Shown piece by piece: positions 47,546 through 59,538 of a DNA stretch of 64,000 nt. A model generated the notes under the pieces. That model had not been told where the DNA came from, did not search any database, and was given only the letters and a program-made list of their open reading frames with translations. The stretch comes from an uncultured delta proteobacterium (GTDB lineage: Bacteria > Myxococcota > Myxococcia > Myxococcales > UBA5297), in the NCBI GenBank assembly GCA_963772225.1, contig CAVYWD010000001.1, positions 1,314,706 to 1,378,705 on the forward strand, given 5' to 3'. Every line of letters starts with the position of its first letter. Position 1 is the first letter of the stretch. The translations under genes were made by a program, and so were the position numbers.

Positions 47546-47794
47546 AGGGACGCCGCGCGCGGTTTCGACCATCAGTGCGCGCTCGACCACCAGGGTCGGC
47601 CGACCCAAGGCATGTCCCAGAGGGGGGCCTGCAGCGACTTCCGCGCGCGGCGCCAGTCAAGCCATCGAAGGCATTCATGCGGCGCGCGACCCGGCCGGCG
47701 GACTCCGTTGGAGATCCGTTCGAGCGGTCTTCTCGAGCGCCCATTCTCAGCGAGCGCCGAGGACTGACGTTTCATCGTCCAGAGCGAATCCAGC

Positions 47795-48223
47795 TTGAAA
47801 GGAAGTACCCGGATGAAATCCCACATGACGTTTGGCCGCGTCGTCGCGCAGATCGCCCGCCTTTCCCTGCTGCTCGGGTTGAGCTCGTTCGCGCTCAACG
47901 GCTGTGGCGGGCCCGAGACGCTCGATTCCACAGGAAACGATTCGGCCGCGGCGACCGCCAGCCAAGGGGCCTCGAATGAGAAAGAGCCCCTCTCGAATAT
48001 CGAGCCGGCGTCGTCGTTCGCCCAGCCCGGTGGATCTTGGAGGCTCACCTGCGGGTACCCGGGAGCCTACTTTCGACAGACCGACAGCGGCGTATTGATG
48101 TTCCAGACCATTTGCACGCCCAAGAACCCACATCAAATTGTCGTGAATACCATCAAAGCATTCTCCTGCACTCCTTGGTGCCTCTGGAACGACAACGGCG
48201 CGCTCAGGTGCGGAAACTGTTAG
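47795..48223 (+). CDS. Small Cys-rich secreted lipoprotein (142 aa) encoded in the lower-GC inserted DNA.
   Basis: Signal peptide plus lipobox LNGC, six Cys; GAAAGGAAG ribosome-binding site 8 nt before the ATG; AT-richer codon usage than the host. Confidence 0.55.
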   Translation: MKGSTRMKSHMTFGRVVAQIARLSLLLGLSSFALNGCGGPETLDSTGNDSAAATASQGASNEKEPLSNIEPASSFAQPGGSWRLTCGYPGAYFRQTDSGVLMFQTICTPKNPHQIVVNTIKAFSCTPWCLWNDNGALRCGNC

Positions 48224-48316
48224 GACGTCCCGCTGCAAGCTCTGTTCTTAGTTCTCCAGCTCGTTTCGGGCTTGTCGAGGTGCGGTGAGCCCGAGCCGTC
48301 CGCGGCGCTTCACTGT

Positions 48317-48600
48317 GCCTCGTTGCCGGCAACGCCGATCGAATCGGAGCTGTTCGGCTTCGAGGCGGTCACCTTCACCGGTGCCGCGCCGGGGGAAGGG
48401 CGGGCAGCTTCGAGGACGCCGACGCGGGACGCTCTTTCCGGACGAGCTGAGCGAGCTGGTCCTTCGGCGAAGGTCGCCCTGCTGCGGGTGATGGAGGAGG
48501 GCTGCTCGGTGTGGATCGGCGGGTGGGCGTCCGGTGCTGGCCGCGGCGAGCCGGCCGCTCGACGCCGAGGACCGGGCCGGCCTGCGCCGGCGCGACCGCG
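48317..48600 (+). repeat. Direct repeat copy 2 of the sigma-54 activator segment.
   Basis: Homologous to 47251–47545 at both the nucleotide and translated ([21 protein letters not shown]) level. Confidence 0.75.
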
Positions 48601-48856
48601 ACCATCGGCTCAACGCCCTGCCCATCGCGGGCCCGAGGCTGAGCGAGCGCTGCCGGGGCGTGCTCCTCGCGGCGGGAAGCGTTCCTCGCGGAGGCAGGGG
48701 CAAGGTGGAGGCGGCGATCCGGGCGCGCGAAGGCAACGTCACGCGAGCCGCGACGGACCGGGGCGTGTCGCAGATGACGCTCCACCGGTGGGTGCGCAGG
48801 CTGGGGATAACCCTGCCCGAGCGCGACGGCTGACGAAGGCGGCGCCGGCGCGGCGC

Positions 48857-49699
48857 TCAGCTGAACTCGCCGCGCAGGTAGTCCTGCGTGTGCTTCTCCT
48901 TCGGCGCCTCGAACAGGACCTTGGAGGGCCCGAACTCGACCAGGTAGCCGGTGCGCCCGCCCTCGGTGGTGTCGACGTACATGAACCCGGTGTTGTCCGC
49001 CACCCGCTGCGCCTGCTGCAGGTTGTGGGTCACGATGGCGATGGTGTACCGGCTCTTGAGCTCGAGCATCAGCTCTTCGATCTTGCGCGTGGCGATGGGG
49101 TCGAGGGCCGAGCACGGCTCGTCCATGAGCAGCACCTGCGGCTCGGTGGCGATGGCGCGGGCGATACAGAGCCGCTGCTGCTGGCCGCCGGAGAGTGAGA
49201 GACCGCTCTTGTGGAGCTTGTCCTTGACCTCGTCCCAGAGCGCGGCGCGCCGGAGCGCGGCCTCGACTCGCGCCGCGTGGTCGCCCTTGTAACCGTTGAG
49301 GCGCAGGCCGAAGGCCACGTTGTTGTAGACGCTGGTGGCGAACGGGTTCGGCTGCTGGAAGACCATCCCGATGTAGCGGCGCACCGCCACCGGGTCGATG
49401 GAGCGGTCGTAGATGTCGCGGCCGCCGAACCGGACGTGGCCCTCGAAGCGGAAGCCGCGCACCAGGTCGTTCATCCGGTTGAGGCACCGCAGCACCGTGC
49501 TCTTGCCGCAGCCGGACGGCCCGATGAAGGCGGTGATGGTGTTCTTGACCACCGGGATCTGCGTGTCGCGAACGGCGCGGAAGCTGCCGTAGTAGAGCTC
49601 GCGGATGTGGCAGTCGATGACGACGTTGTCCTTGGCCAAAGCCGGCTCCGGGATGGCGGCGCGGATCGGCCTGGGAGCGGATTCGACGGAGAGGCTCAT
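48857..49699 (-). CDS. pstB: Phosphate ABC transporter ATP-binding protein PstB.
   Basis: [11 protein letters not shown] Walker [26 protein letters not shown]. Confidence 0.95.
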   Translation of the reverse strand: MSLSVESAPRPIRAAIPEPALAKDNVVIDCHIRELYYGSFRAVRDTQIPVVKNTITAFIGPSGCGKSTVLRCLNRMNDLVRGFRFEGHVRFGGRDIYDRSIDPVAVRRYIGMVFQQPNPFATSVYNNVAFGLRLNGYKGDHAARVEAALRRAALWDEVKDKLHKSGLSLSGGQQQRLCIARAIATEPQVLLMDEPCSALDPIATRKIEELMLELKSRYTIAIVTHNLQQAQRVADNTGFMYVDTTEGGRTGYLVEFGPSKVLFEAPKEKHTQDYLRGEFS

Positions 49700-50625
49700 T
49701 GGGTCACCTGCCTGCGAGAGAAACTTTGTCCGACGAGGTTGGCGGCCAGCACCATCAGCACGAGCAGCAGGGCCGCGGCCCAGGCCAGCTCGATCTGGTT
49801 GTCGAAGGGCATGCTGGCGAAGTTGTAGATGAGCACCGCCAGCGAGGCGGTGGGGTGCATCGCGTCCAGGTGCCCGTGGTTCAGGAGCCAGTAGTTGCTG
49901 AAGAGCGCGGTGAAGATGAGCGGCGCGGTCTCTCCCGCGGCGCGCGCGACCGCGAGCATGACGCCGGTGAGGATGCCGGGCAACGCGGTGGGCAGCAGCA
50001 CCATCCAGGCGACCTGCGTGGAGGTCGCGCCCATCCCCAGCGCCGCCTCGACCATCTTGGCGGGCACGGCGCGCAGCGCGTCCTCGGCGGTGAGGGTGAC
50101 GGTGGGGATCATGAGAATGGACAGCGCGATGGCCCCGGCCACAGCCGAGAACCCGCCGGTGAGGAGCACCACCGCGCCGTAGGCGAAGACGCCGGCGAGG
50201 ATGGACGGGAAGCCGGTGAGCACCTTGGCGGCGAAGCGCACCCCGGTCGCCAGGGGGCCGCCTGGGTTTCGCGCCAGGAAGAGGGCGACCAGAATGCACA
50301 GCGGCACCGTGACCAGCGTCGCGAGCCCGACCATGAACAGCGAGCCGACGATGGCGTTGCCGAAGCCCCCGCCGCTCTCCAGCGGTGCGGGCGGCAGCTC
50401 GGTGAAGAGCGCGAGGCTCATCTTCCGCCCCCCGCGCCAGAACAGCATCCAGACCACCGAGACGAGCGGGTACAGCGCGAGCAGCGTCATCCCACCGACG
50501 AGGGCGTCGAGCAGGGCGCCCACCAGCGTCCGCGTGCGGCGCAGCGAGTGCTCCAGCTGCGAGAGGTCGACGCCTTCGAAGGGGTTGAGGTCGGCGGCGG
50601 CGACCGCGGCGGCGTCCGGCGGCAT
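49696..50625 (-). CDS. pstA: Phosphate ABC transporter permease PstA.
   Basis: Six-TM permease with ...[14 protein letters not shown]...; ATGA overlaps both neighbours. Confidence 0.9.
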   Translation of the reverse strand: MPPDAAAVAAADLNPFEGVDLSQLEHSLRRTRTLVGALLDALVGGMTLLALYPLVSVVWMLFWRGGRKMSLALFTELPPAPLESGGGFGNAIVGSLFMVGLATLVTVPLCILVALFLARNPGGPLATGVRFAAKVLTGFPSILAGVFAYGAVVLLTGGFSAVAGAIALSILMIPTVTLTAEDALRAVPAKMVEAALGMGATSTQVAWMVLLPTALPGILTGVMLAVARAAGETAPLIFTALFSNYWLLNHGHLDAMHPTASLAVLIYNFASMPFDNQIELAWAAALLLVLMVLAANLVGQSFSRRQVTQ

Positions 50626-51642
50626 CAGCGAGCTCCTTCGAGTTGGCGCGACGCGCGCTGGAGGATGGCGGCCCCCACGGCGTTCACCGCGAGCGTGATG
50701 CCCAGCAACACCAGCGCCGCGTACATGAGGATGGTGACCTGCTTGGGACCGGCCTCGGGGAAGCTGTTGGCGAGCAGCGCCGCGAGGGTGTTGGCGGGCG
50801 AGAAGAGCGAGACGCTGATGCGGTTGGAGTTTCCGACCAACATCGCCAGCGCCATGGTCTCGCCCAGCGCCCGCCCGAAGGCGAGCACCACCCCTCCGAA
50901 GATGCCGCGCGCGGCGGTGGGCAGGATCACCGCGAAGATCGTCTCCCAGCGAGTGGCGCCCAGACCGTAGGCGGCCATGCGCAGCTTCCCGGGGACCGAG
51001 ACCAGGGCGTCGCGGCTGATCGCGGTGACCGTGGGCATGATCATGATGCCCAGCACCAGCACCGCCGGCAGCACGCCCGGGCCCGCGAGGTCGGTGCTGA
51101 AGAGCGGCACCCACCCCAGGTTCGCGTGGAGCCACGCCGCGAACGGGCGAATCATCGGGATGACCACGAAGATGCCCCACAGCCCGTAGACCACGCTGGG
51201 GATGGCCGCCAACAGCTCCACCAGGTTGCGGAGCAGGTGCTCGAGCTGGTCCGGCACCTGGGAAAAGCCCGGCCGCAGCTCGAGCTTCAGGAGGCTCAGC
51301 ACGGCGTAGGCCGATTGGGCGAGGTAGCCCTCCGCCAAAAAGACCGCCGCCGCGAGCCCGAAGGCCGTCCCCACCGCCAGTCCGAGCAGCGAGGTGTAGA
51401 GCGTCCCCCAGAATCTCCGGGAGGATGCCGTAGACCCCTTGGTTCGGGTCCCAGACGGTCCCGGTGAGGAAGCCCGGTCCCAGCTCCTTCATCGCCGGCG
51501 CCGCCGCGGACGCGATGCGGAGCGCGATGAAGACCCCCAGCGCCAGCAGCAGCGCCGCCGCGGCCTGGCACAGCCTCCTGAAGAGCCGGTCGGCGCCGAG
51601 CTGCAGGCGCGAAGGGGCGCGCGCGATCGCGTCGTCCGCCAT
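50625..51642 (-). CDS. pstC: Phosphate ABC transporter permease PstC, with an apparent single-base frameshift in a G-run near 51405.
   Basis: The N-terminal ...[17 protein letters not shown] is in one frame; the continuation [27 protein letters not shown] is in the +1 frame. Confidence 0.75.
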
Positions 51643-51645
51643 GGG

Positions 51646-52725
51646 CTAGCCCGAGACCACGGTCTTGAGGGCGGCCTGGACCCGCTCGACGGCGTTCGGC
51701 GGGAGCGGGATGTAGCCCAACGCCTCGGCGTCCTTCTGGCCCTGGGTGACCCCGTACTTGAGCAGCTCGATGAGCGCGTCGTGCTTCTTCACGTCCGCGT
51801 ACTTCCGGTAGAGCATGATCCAGGTATAAGTGACGATGGGGTAGGCGTCTTTGGCCTCGGGGTCCGAGCTCCAGGCGATGAGGTCGTCGGGCAGCGCCGC
51901 GGACGCGAGCGCCGCCTGGCCCGAGGCGGTGTTCGCCTCCACGTACGCGCCCGACTTGTTCTCGAGAACCGCCATCGCCAGGCCTTGGCTCCTGGCATAG
52001 CCGTACTCCACGTAGCCCACCGAGCCGGGCGTGGTCTTCAACGCGGCGGTCACGCCCTCGTTGCCCTTGGAGCGGGTGCCGACCGGCCAGTTCGGCATCT
52101 TGTTCACGCCCGGGCTCTTGGCGAAGGCCTCGCTGATGGCGCTCAGGTGCTTGGAGAAGACGAAGCTCGTGCCGCTGGAGTCGGCGCGCACCACGACGTT
52201 GATGGGGAGGTCCGGGAGCTTCGCACCCGGGTTGGCCGCGGCGATGGCCGGGTCGTTCCACTTCTTCACGTCGCCGAGGAAGATGCCGGCGTACGCCTTG
52301 CGCGAGAGCCTGAGCTGCTTCACCTCCGGCAGGTTGAAGGCGAGCACGATGGAGCCGGCGGTCATGGGGATGAGCTGCGCGCCCACGTCCACCCGGGCCA
52401 TCTCCTCCGGGGTCATCGCCGCGTCGCTGGCGCCGAAGTCGACGGTTCTATCAATGAAGCTCTTCACCCCGCTGCCCGAGCCCACCGACTGGTAGTCGAC
52501 CTGGAGGTTGGCCTTGCTGGCGCTGAAGGCCTTGAACCATTTCAGGTACAGCGGCGCCGGGAAGCTGGCGCCCGCGCCCTGGATCCGGACGAGGTCGCTC
52601 GCGGCCGCGGGAGCGGGAGCCGCGGCGGCCGTCGCGGCCGGGGCCTTGTTGGCGTCGGTGCAGGCGAGCCCCAGGGCAAGCAAGGCGGCGAGAGGAGCGA
52701 TGCGGTTCGAATCCCAGGTCTTCAT
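51646..52725 (-). CDS. pstS: Phosphate-binding lipoprotein PstS.
   Basis: Lipobox LGLAC; phosphate-binding motifs GAGASFPAPLY, SGSGVKSF, DSSGTSFVF. Confidence 0.9.
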   Translation of the reverse strand: MKTWDSNRIAPLAALLALGLACTDANKAPAATAAAAPAPAAASDLVRIQGAGASFPAPLYLKWFKAFSASKANLQVDYQSVGSGSGVKSFIDRTVDFGASDAAMTPEEMARVDVGAQLIPMTAGSIVLAFNLPEVKQLRLSRKAYAGIFLGDVKKWNDPAIAAANPGAKLPDLPINVVVRADSSGTSFVFSKHLSAISEAFAKSPGVNKMPNWPVGTRSKGNEGVTAALKTTPGSVGYVEYGYARSQGLAMAVLENKSGAYVEANTASGQAALASAALPDDLIAWSSDPEAKDAYPIVTYTWIMLYRKYADVKKHDALIELLKYGVTQGQKDAEALGYIPLPPNAVERVQAALKTVVSG

Positions 52726-53357
52726 GAAAGATCTCCATCGCCCGCTGCCAGTCGACGGCCGCAAACGCGATGACAGAAAGGCAAGGCAGTGAGTCGCGAG
52801 GCGATGTGTAGCTGGGGGCGATTGGGATTTCGCGTCGGTCTCGTGACGTTTGCGTATCACGGCCTCAGCGATAGGCCCCGCCGGCCCTTTCGGTGATTCT
52901 CGACCCCCCCGGGTCCAGCGAGGACTCGGCGCGGCGGCCGGAGCGTGAGGTCCGTCCCGGCTCGCGGAGGTCCGGCCTTCATCCCGAGCGGGAACCGACT
53001 CGAGGTGCTCGGCCCAATTTGCGCCGACCTGCGCGAGGTCATCCGGCCGCTTCAACTCAGCGTTGCGGCGCGACGCTACCGAGCTCGGGGGGCCTGGTCA
53101 TCGGGCGGGGCCGGGGCCGTGGACCATCGCCTGGGTCGGCCGCGGATGGAGCGGCGGCGAGCAAGCGGCTCGCGCCAACGAGTCACCCAGGGAATGTGTC
53201 TTCAAGAAATCGAGCATCTCGGGCTCGAAGTCGACTCCGGTCCCATCGTCGATCCCGTTGGGCCAGCGGCCGTGATTGGTCGCCCAGTCGCTCGGCGGGC
53301 AGAGCTTTGGGAGCATGCAAGCGGGCTCGAGCTTCCCACTCGAGAGGATGAGGCGCT

Positions 53358-54347
53358 TCACGTTCGGATCTGGACCTTCTGCTTGAGGTCGGCAATCCAC
53401 GGCTCCACCGCGTAGCCGGGCTCGATGGCCACTTTCGCTCGCCAGAAATCGGCCTGGGCGGTGCTGCAGACGATGAAATCGCACGCGTGCCCAAGGATGA
53501 GAATCGGCACGGCGGAGCGTGGATACGGCTCGAGTTGGCAGGAGGGATTGTGCTCGAGGTTGATGTTGTTGAAGGGGTCGGCCGCGCTGTAGCCGACCGC
53601 GGCGGCGACCCGCTGGCCCCCAGGCGTCGAGGTGGCGTGCCGGGCGATGGCATAGAGCTGCGCGAAGAAACCTCCGTTGGACCACCCAACGACGTAGATG
53701 CGATCCCAATCGACGGATCCCCCTGCCGCGACCTGGTCCATCAAGCGGTCGAGGTTGGCGATATCCGGGTTGCTGCTGGGCGAGGCCAGGTCTCGAAAAT
53801 AGAAGTCGTGATGGTGGCCGTCTCGCGGGAAGTCGGTCGGATAGTGCAGGTTGCGGCCTTGCACGGAGAGCAGGAAGAACCCGGGCCGGCGACAATCGCC
53901 GGTCAAGTCGAAGCTCTCGGCCTTCGCGCGCAGCGTCGTGTGGTTGTAGACGCCGTCGGCCAGACCTCCGCCCCCGCCGTGCAGCCAGACCACGAGCGGG
54001 CGCGGTGCCGCGGGCGACGCCGAAGGCGGCCTGTAGAGGCAGGCGTAGCGGACGACGCCGGCGGGGTCGGTCCATTCGAGCGGCGGGCCGTCGTCGAAGG
54101 CCGGCGCTCCCGCGGCGGTCGTGTGGCACGCCGGCTTGACCGAGGCCGTGGTGATCGGAGTGCGCGTGAGCTCTGGAGCGGGGCCGACGCAAGGGTCGTC
54201 GGGCGAGCAGACCTTCAGCGGAGCCGCCAGCCCGGTCGTCGGGTTGCATTTCCATCGACGGGCGCTGTCATAGGGCGCCGCTTCGACGCGGGTCGCGAAG
54301 CCTGCCGTCCCTGCTGCCAGTGCCAAGAGGGCGAGGCCCGCTCTCAT
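53358..54347 (-). CDS. Secreted alpha/beta-hydrolase esterase (PHB-depolymerase/LpqC-like family).
   Basis: Signal peptide; PLVVWLHGGGGG oxyanion region; GWSNGG nucleophile elbow. Confidence 0.7.
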   Translation of the reverse strand: MRAGLALLALAAGTAGFATRVEAAPYDSARRWKCNPTTGLAAPLKVCSPDDPCVGPAPELTRTPITTASVKPACHTTAAGAPAFDDGPPLEWTDPAGVVRYACLYRPPSASPAAPRPLVVWLHGGGGGLADGVYNHTTLRAKAESFDLTGDCRRPGFFLLSVQGRNLHYPTDFPRDGHHHDFYFRDLASPSSNPDIANLDRLMDQVAAGGSVDWDRIYVVGWSNGGFFAQLYAIARHATSTPGGQRVAAAVGYSAADPFNNINLEHNPSCQLEPYPRSAVPILILGHACDFIVCSTAQADFWRAKVAIEPGYAVEPWIADLKQKVQIRT

Positions 54348-54915
54348 GGCCTGACCGGCTCGCGCTCGGGTTGTTTCGCGTCGGCGGGTGAGGCAGCGCT
54401 GACGGCGGCACCGGCCTCCGAGGACGACGGCGGAGGAATGCGGACTGCCGCGTCGGCGATCGCCCGCACAAGCACAAGATCGTTGGCTGCGTTCTTCTTC
54501 AATGCCAGCTGCCGTGCGAGCTCGGCGGCGAGTGGGCACAGGCCGGGACCCGCGAAGGAGAGGGGGTGGACAGCAGCGCGTTCTTCGCTCGCACGGAGGA
54601 GACACCTCTTTCCCCGGCCGAGACGGGTCCTGTCGTTGTCACTCAAACCTACAGACGAATAGCGCGGCGCCGCTATTCATCCGGCGCGAAGCCCGGACCG
54701 GAAACACTACCGAGCGATGTGATTTTGCACGCCTTTTTTACACATCATGCCACCCACAATGCGCCTGCCACACCCGCGCTCAGGTCGAGTTCGAACCGAA
54801 CCGGTTTGACCTCAAACCTAACCCGGCCAAGCCGGAGCCAAAGAGGGTTGCCAGGGCTTCGGGCGCCTGGAGCCTGGAGTCTTTGCCAGCCAGCACCGAG
54901 TTCGCGCCGAAGGGA

Positions 54916-57534
<2,619 letters not shown>

Positions 57535-57584
57535 GGGGTCGGGGCTCGTCGTGAGCGTCAGGGTTTTCGGGAGGGTGCGGTCGG

Positions 57585-58346
57585 TCAGCTCGTCTGGGCC
57601 GAGCGCCACCAGCGGGCGTGCTCGGTCTCCAGCACCCGGCGCTCGGGGAACCGGAAGAACAGGACCTTGCCCGAGCCCCCCGCGTAGAAGCCGCGCCCTA
57701 CCGTCCGGTAGAAGGCATGGATGGCGGGCGTGCGCGACACCGTCTTCGTGTACTTCTCTGGGCTCGCCGCCATCTCATCGATGCAGCTCGAGAGGTGGGC
57801 CGGGTCCTCGTAGGGCAGGTAGCCCGCCAGCCGCCCTCCCTCGCGATCCAGGAGCAGATCCGCGAAGAAGAGCTGGGGCACGTAGAGCGGCACTTCCGGG
57901 TCGGTCATGAAGCGCAAAAAGGCCGTCGGCTTGAGCCTGGACGCGATGAGCGGCGCGACGGGGCTGAGCTCCTGGTAGAGGAACTCGGTGGCCTCCGGGC
58001 AATCGTCGGGCTCGCTGGGAGCAAGCGAGAGGACGCGCCCGTCGAGCGTGACCAGGTGCAGCCGCTGGACGGCCGAGAGGTTCAGGTTCTCGAGGACGCG
58101 GTAGATGCTGACGTACTTGCTGTGCTTGGGGCTGCCGTCGGCGTGCGGCACGCAGCGCGCCTCGATGTCGCGCAGCCGGAAGACGTCGGGCCCCAGCCTG
58201 GCCCGATCGATCTCGAAGAACATGAGGCTTCCGCGCGCGAGCTTGCGCGTGCCGGTGGCCATGTAGTGCCCGAACTCCTCCGGCTCGAGGTGCGAGGCAA
58301 TCAGCGCCTCGCAGCGGTAGCACAGCATGTAGAGGCGAATTTTCAC
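57585..58346 (-). CDS. Hypothetical protein A (253 aa), paralogous to the adjacent upstream gene.
   Basis: Shares L.PEE...Y.AT..R and S.KKTKT/SPEKYTKT-like modules with protein B; contains internal repeats. GTG start. Confidence 0.5.
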   Translation of the reverse strand: MKIRLYMLCYRCEALIASHLEPEEFGHYMATGTRKLARGSLMFFEIDRARLGPDVFRLRDIEARCVPHADGSPKHSKYVSIYRVLENLNLSAVQRLHLVTLDGRVLSLAPSEPDDCPEATEFLYQELSPVAPLIASRLKPTAFLRFMTDPEVPLYVPQLFFADLLLDREGGRLAGYLPYEDPAHLSSCIDEMAASPEKYTKTVSRTPAIHAFYRTVGRGFYAGGSGKVLFFRFPERRVLETEHARWWRSAQTS

Positions 58347-58385
58347 GCGACAGGACCTCGAGGGAAAAGGGACGTCAGGCGAGTG

Positions 58386-59246
58386 CTAGCCCTCGGCGCG
58401 CAGCCACTGCGACGGCACCGGCTTGTCGATCCTCCAGGCCACGAGGTGCTCGCGGTCGGCCAGGTAGAGGCCTCCCTCCTCGCCGTTGAAGCCGACCCAG
58501 TACGTGAAGGGGACCTGGTTGAGCAGGCCGCCCGACGCCAGCGTCTTGGTCTTCTTGCTCGTGGTGGTGAGCTCGTCCATGGCTCCGGCGAGCACGCTGT
58601 CGGCCACCAGGTGGTGTTTGGCGAGGCCGGTGAGCTCCGCGAAGGCCAGGTGCCGGAAGATCTTCCCCGACCGGTGTGTGGCGTACCAGGCGTACTCCTC
58701 CGGCGAGAGGTTGGAGAGCACCAGCATCTCCATCGGAGACAGCACCAGGTAGAAGCGCGGCTTGCGTTCGGGCGGAGCCGGGCAGCCCACGCGCGCGGCC
58801 ACCTCGTCGGACGTCAGCGCCTCGTCACAGCTGTGGTTTGCGAAGCGCAGCAGCTCGTTCGGACCCTTCAGCTCCAGCGCCCGGCCGCTGGTCTTGACCA
58901 AGTAGGCGCGGCGCACGGCGTCGATGGAGATGCAGTGCAGAGCGTTGTTGGACAGCGCGGTCTTGGTCTTCTTGCCGCCCATGGCCGCCTTGAGCGCCTC
59001 GGCGATGTCGTGGGCCGGGCTGCGCCAGCCGCCCTCGTCCAGGAACTCCATCGACGGCCTGCCTCCCTCGTGCGGCAGCTCGAGGAAGACGGACCGGCCG
59101 TTGAAATGCTTGGCCGAGCCGGGGCAGCGATGCCAGCCGAGGCCCTCGACGCTGAGGCTGGTCGCCACCAACGCGCCAAGCGGGAGCGTGGCGATCAATT
59201 TGACGTCCTGGGGTGCGCGCGCCTGCGGAGTAGAATGGATGTCCAA
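58386..59246 (-). CDS. Hypothetical protein B (286 aa), paralogous to protein A.
   Basis: Internal repeat GGKKTKTALSNNAL / TSKKTKTLASGGLL; TTG start inferred. Confidence 0.45.
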   Translation of the reverse strand: MDIHSTPQARAPQDVKLIATLPLGALVATSLSVEGLGWHRCPGSAKHFNGRSVFLELPHEGGRPSMEFLDEGGWRSPAHDIAEALKAAMGGKKTKTALSNNALHCISIDAVRRAYLVKTSGRALELKGPNELLRFANHSCDEALTSDEVAARVGCPAPPERKPRFYLVLSPMEMLVLSNLSPEEYAWYATHRSGKIFRHLAFAELTGLAKHHLVADSVLAGAMDELTTTSKKTKTLASGGLLNQVPFTYWVGFNGEEGGLYLADREHLVAWRIDKPVPSQWLRAEG

Positions 59247-59538
59247 AATGGGCCTCGGTCGTCGATGTGCTGTCAGACGCGCCGGACCCTAGTCCTCGCA
59301 GCGAGGCGATCAAGAGACGGGCCCTCGGCTGGACGGGCGCAGGGCGGCTGCAAAGCGGACACTCGCCCGGCTCCTCTGCCCACGAGCAGGCCCCTGCCCT
59401 TTTTGTCAGAATCCTGAGGTGCACCTTCGACAAAACTGAGGCCCCGAAAGCCTCGCGGTTCAGCGATTTCGCGGACTTCGCCAATGGCACCGCCCTCGCA
59501 CTGTCAGGCTTCGATCGGCCTTTCCTAAGGAGACTCCC

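Larger units (their letters stand above)
47040..48833 (+). pseudogene. Degraded sigma-54-dependent activator gene. It lacks an N-terminal sensor domain, has a frameshift after [15 protein letters not shown], stops at RRDLY (47545), and is interrupted by a ~750-bp insertion before resuming with a second degraded copy of the same AAA+ segment and the C-terminal HTH.
   Basis: Walker [60 protein letters not shown]; C-terminal GNVTRAATDRGVSQMTLHRWVRRLGI. Confidence 0.7.

Noticed and set aside
52726-52860. Pho-box-like CTGTCAT element upstream of pstS
   Set aside because: Only one 7-bp half-site is seen; the second direct repeat at the 11-bp spacing is absent, so I do not call a Pho box.
53098-54255. 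385-aa minus-strand ORF overlapping the esterase gene
   Set aside because: Alternative frame of the esterase, which has a signal peptide and GWSNGG motif; no independent support.
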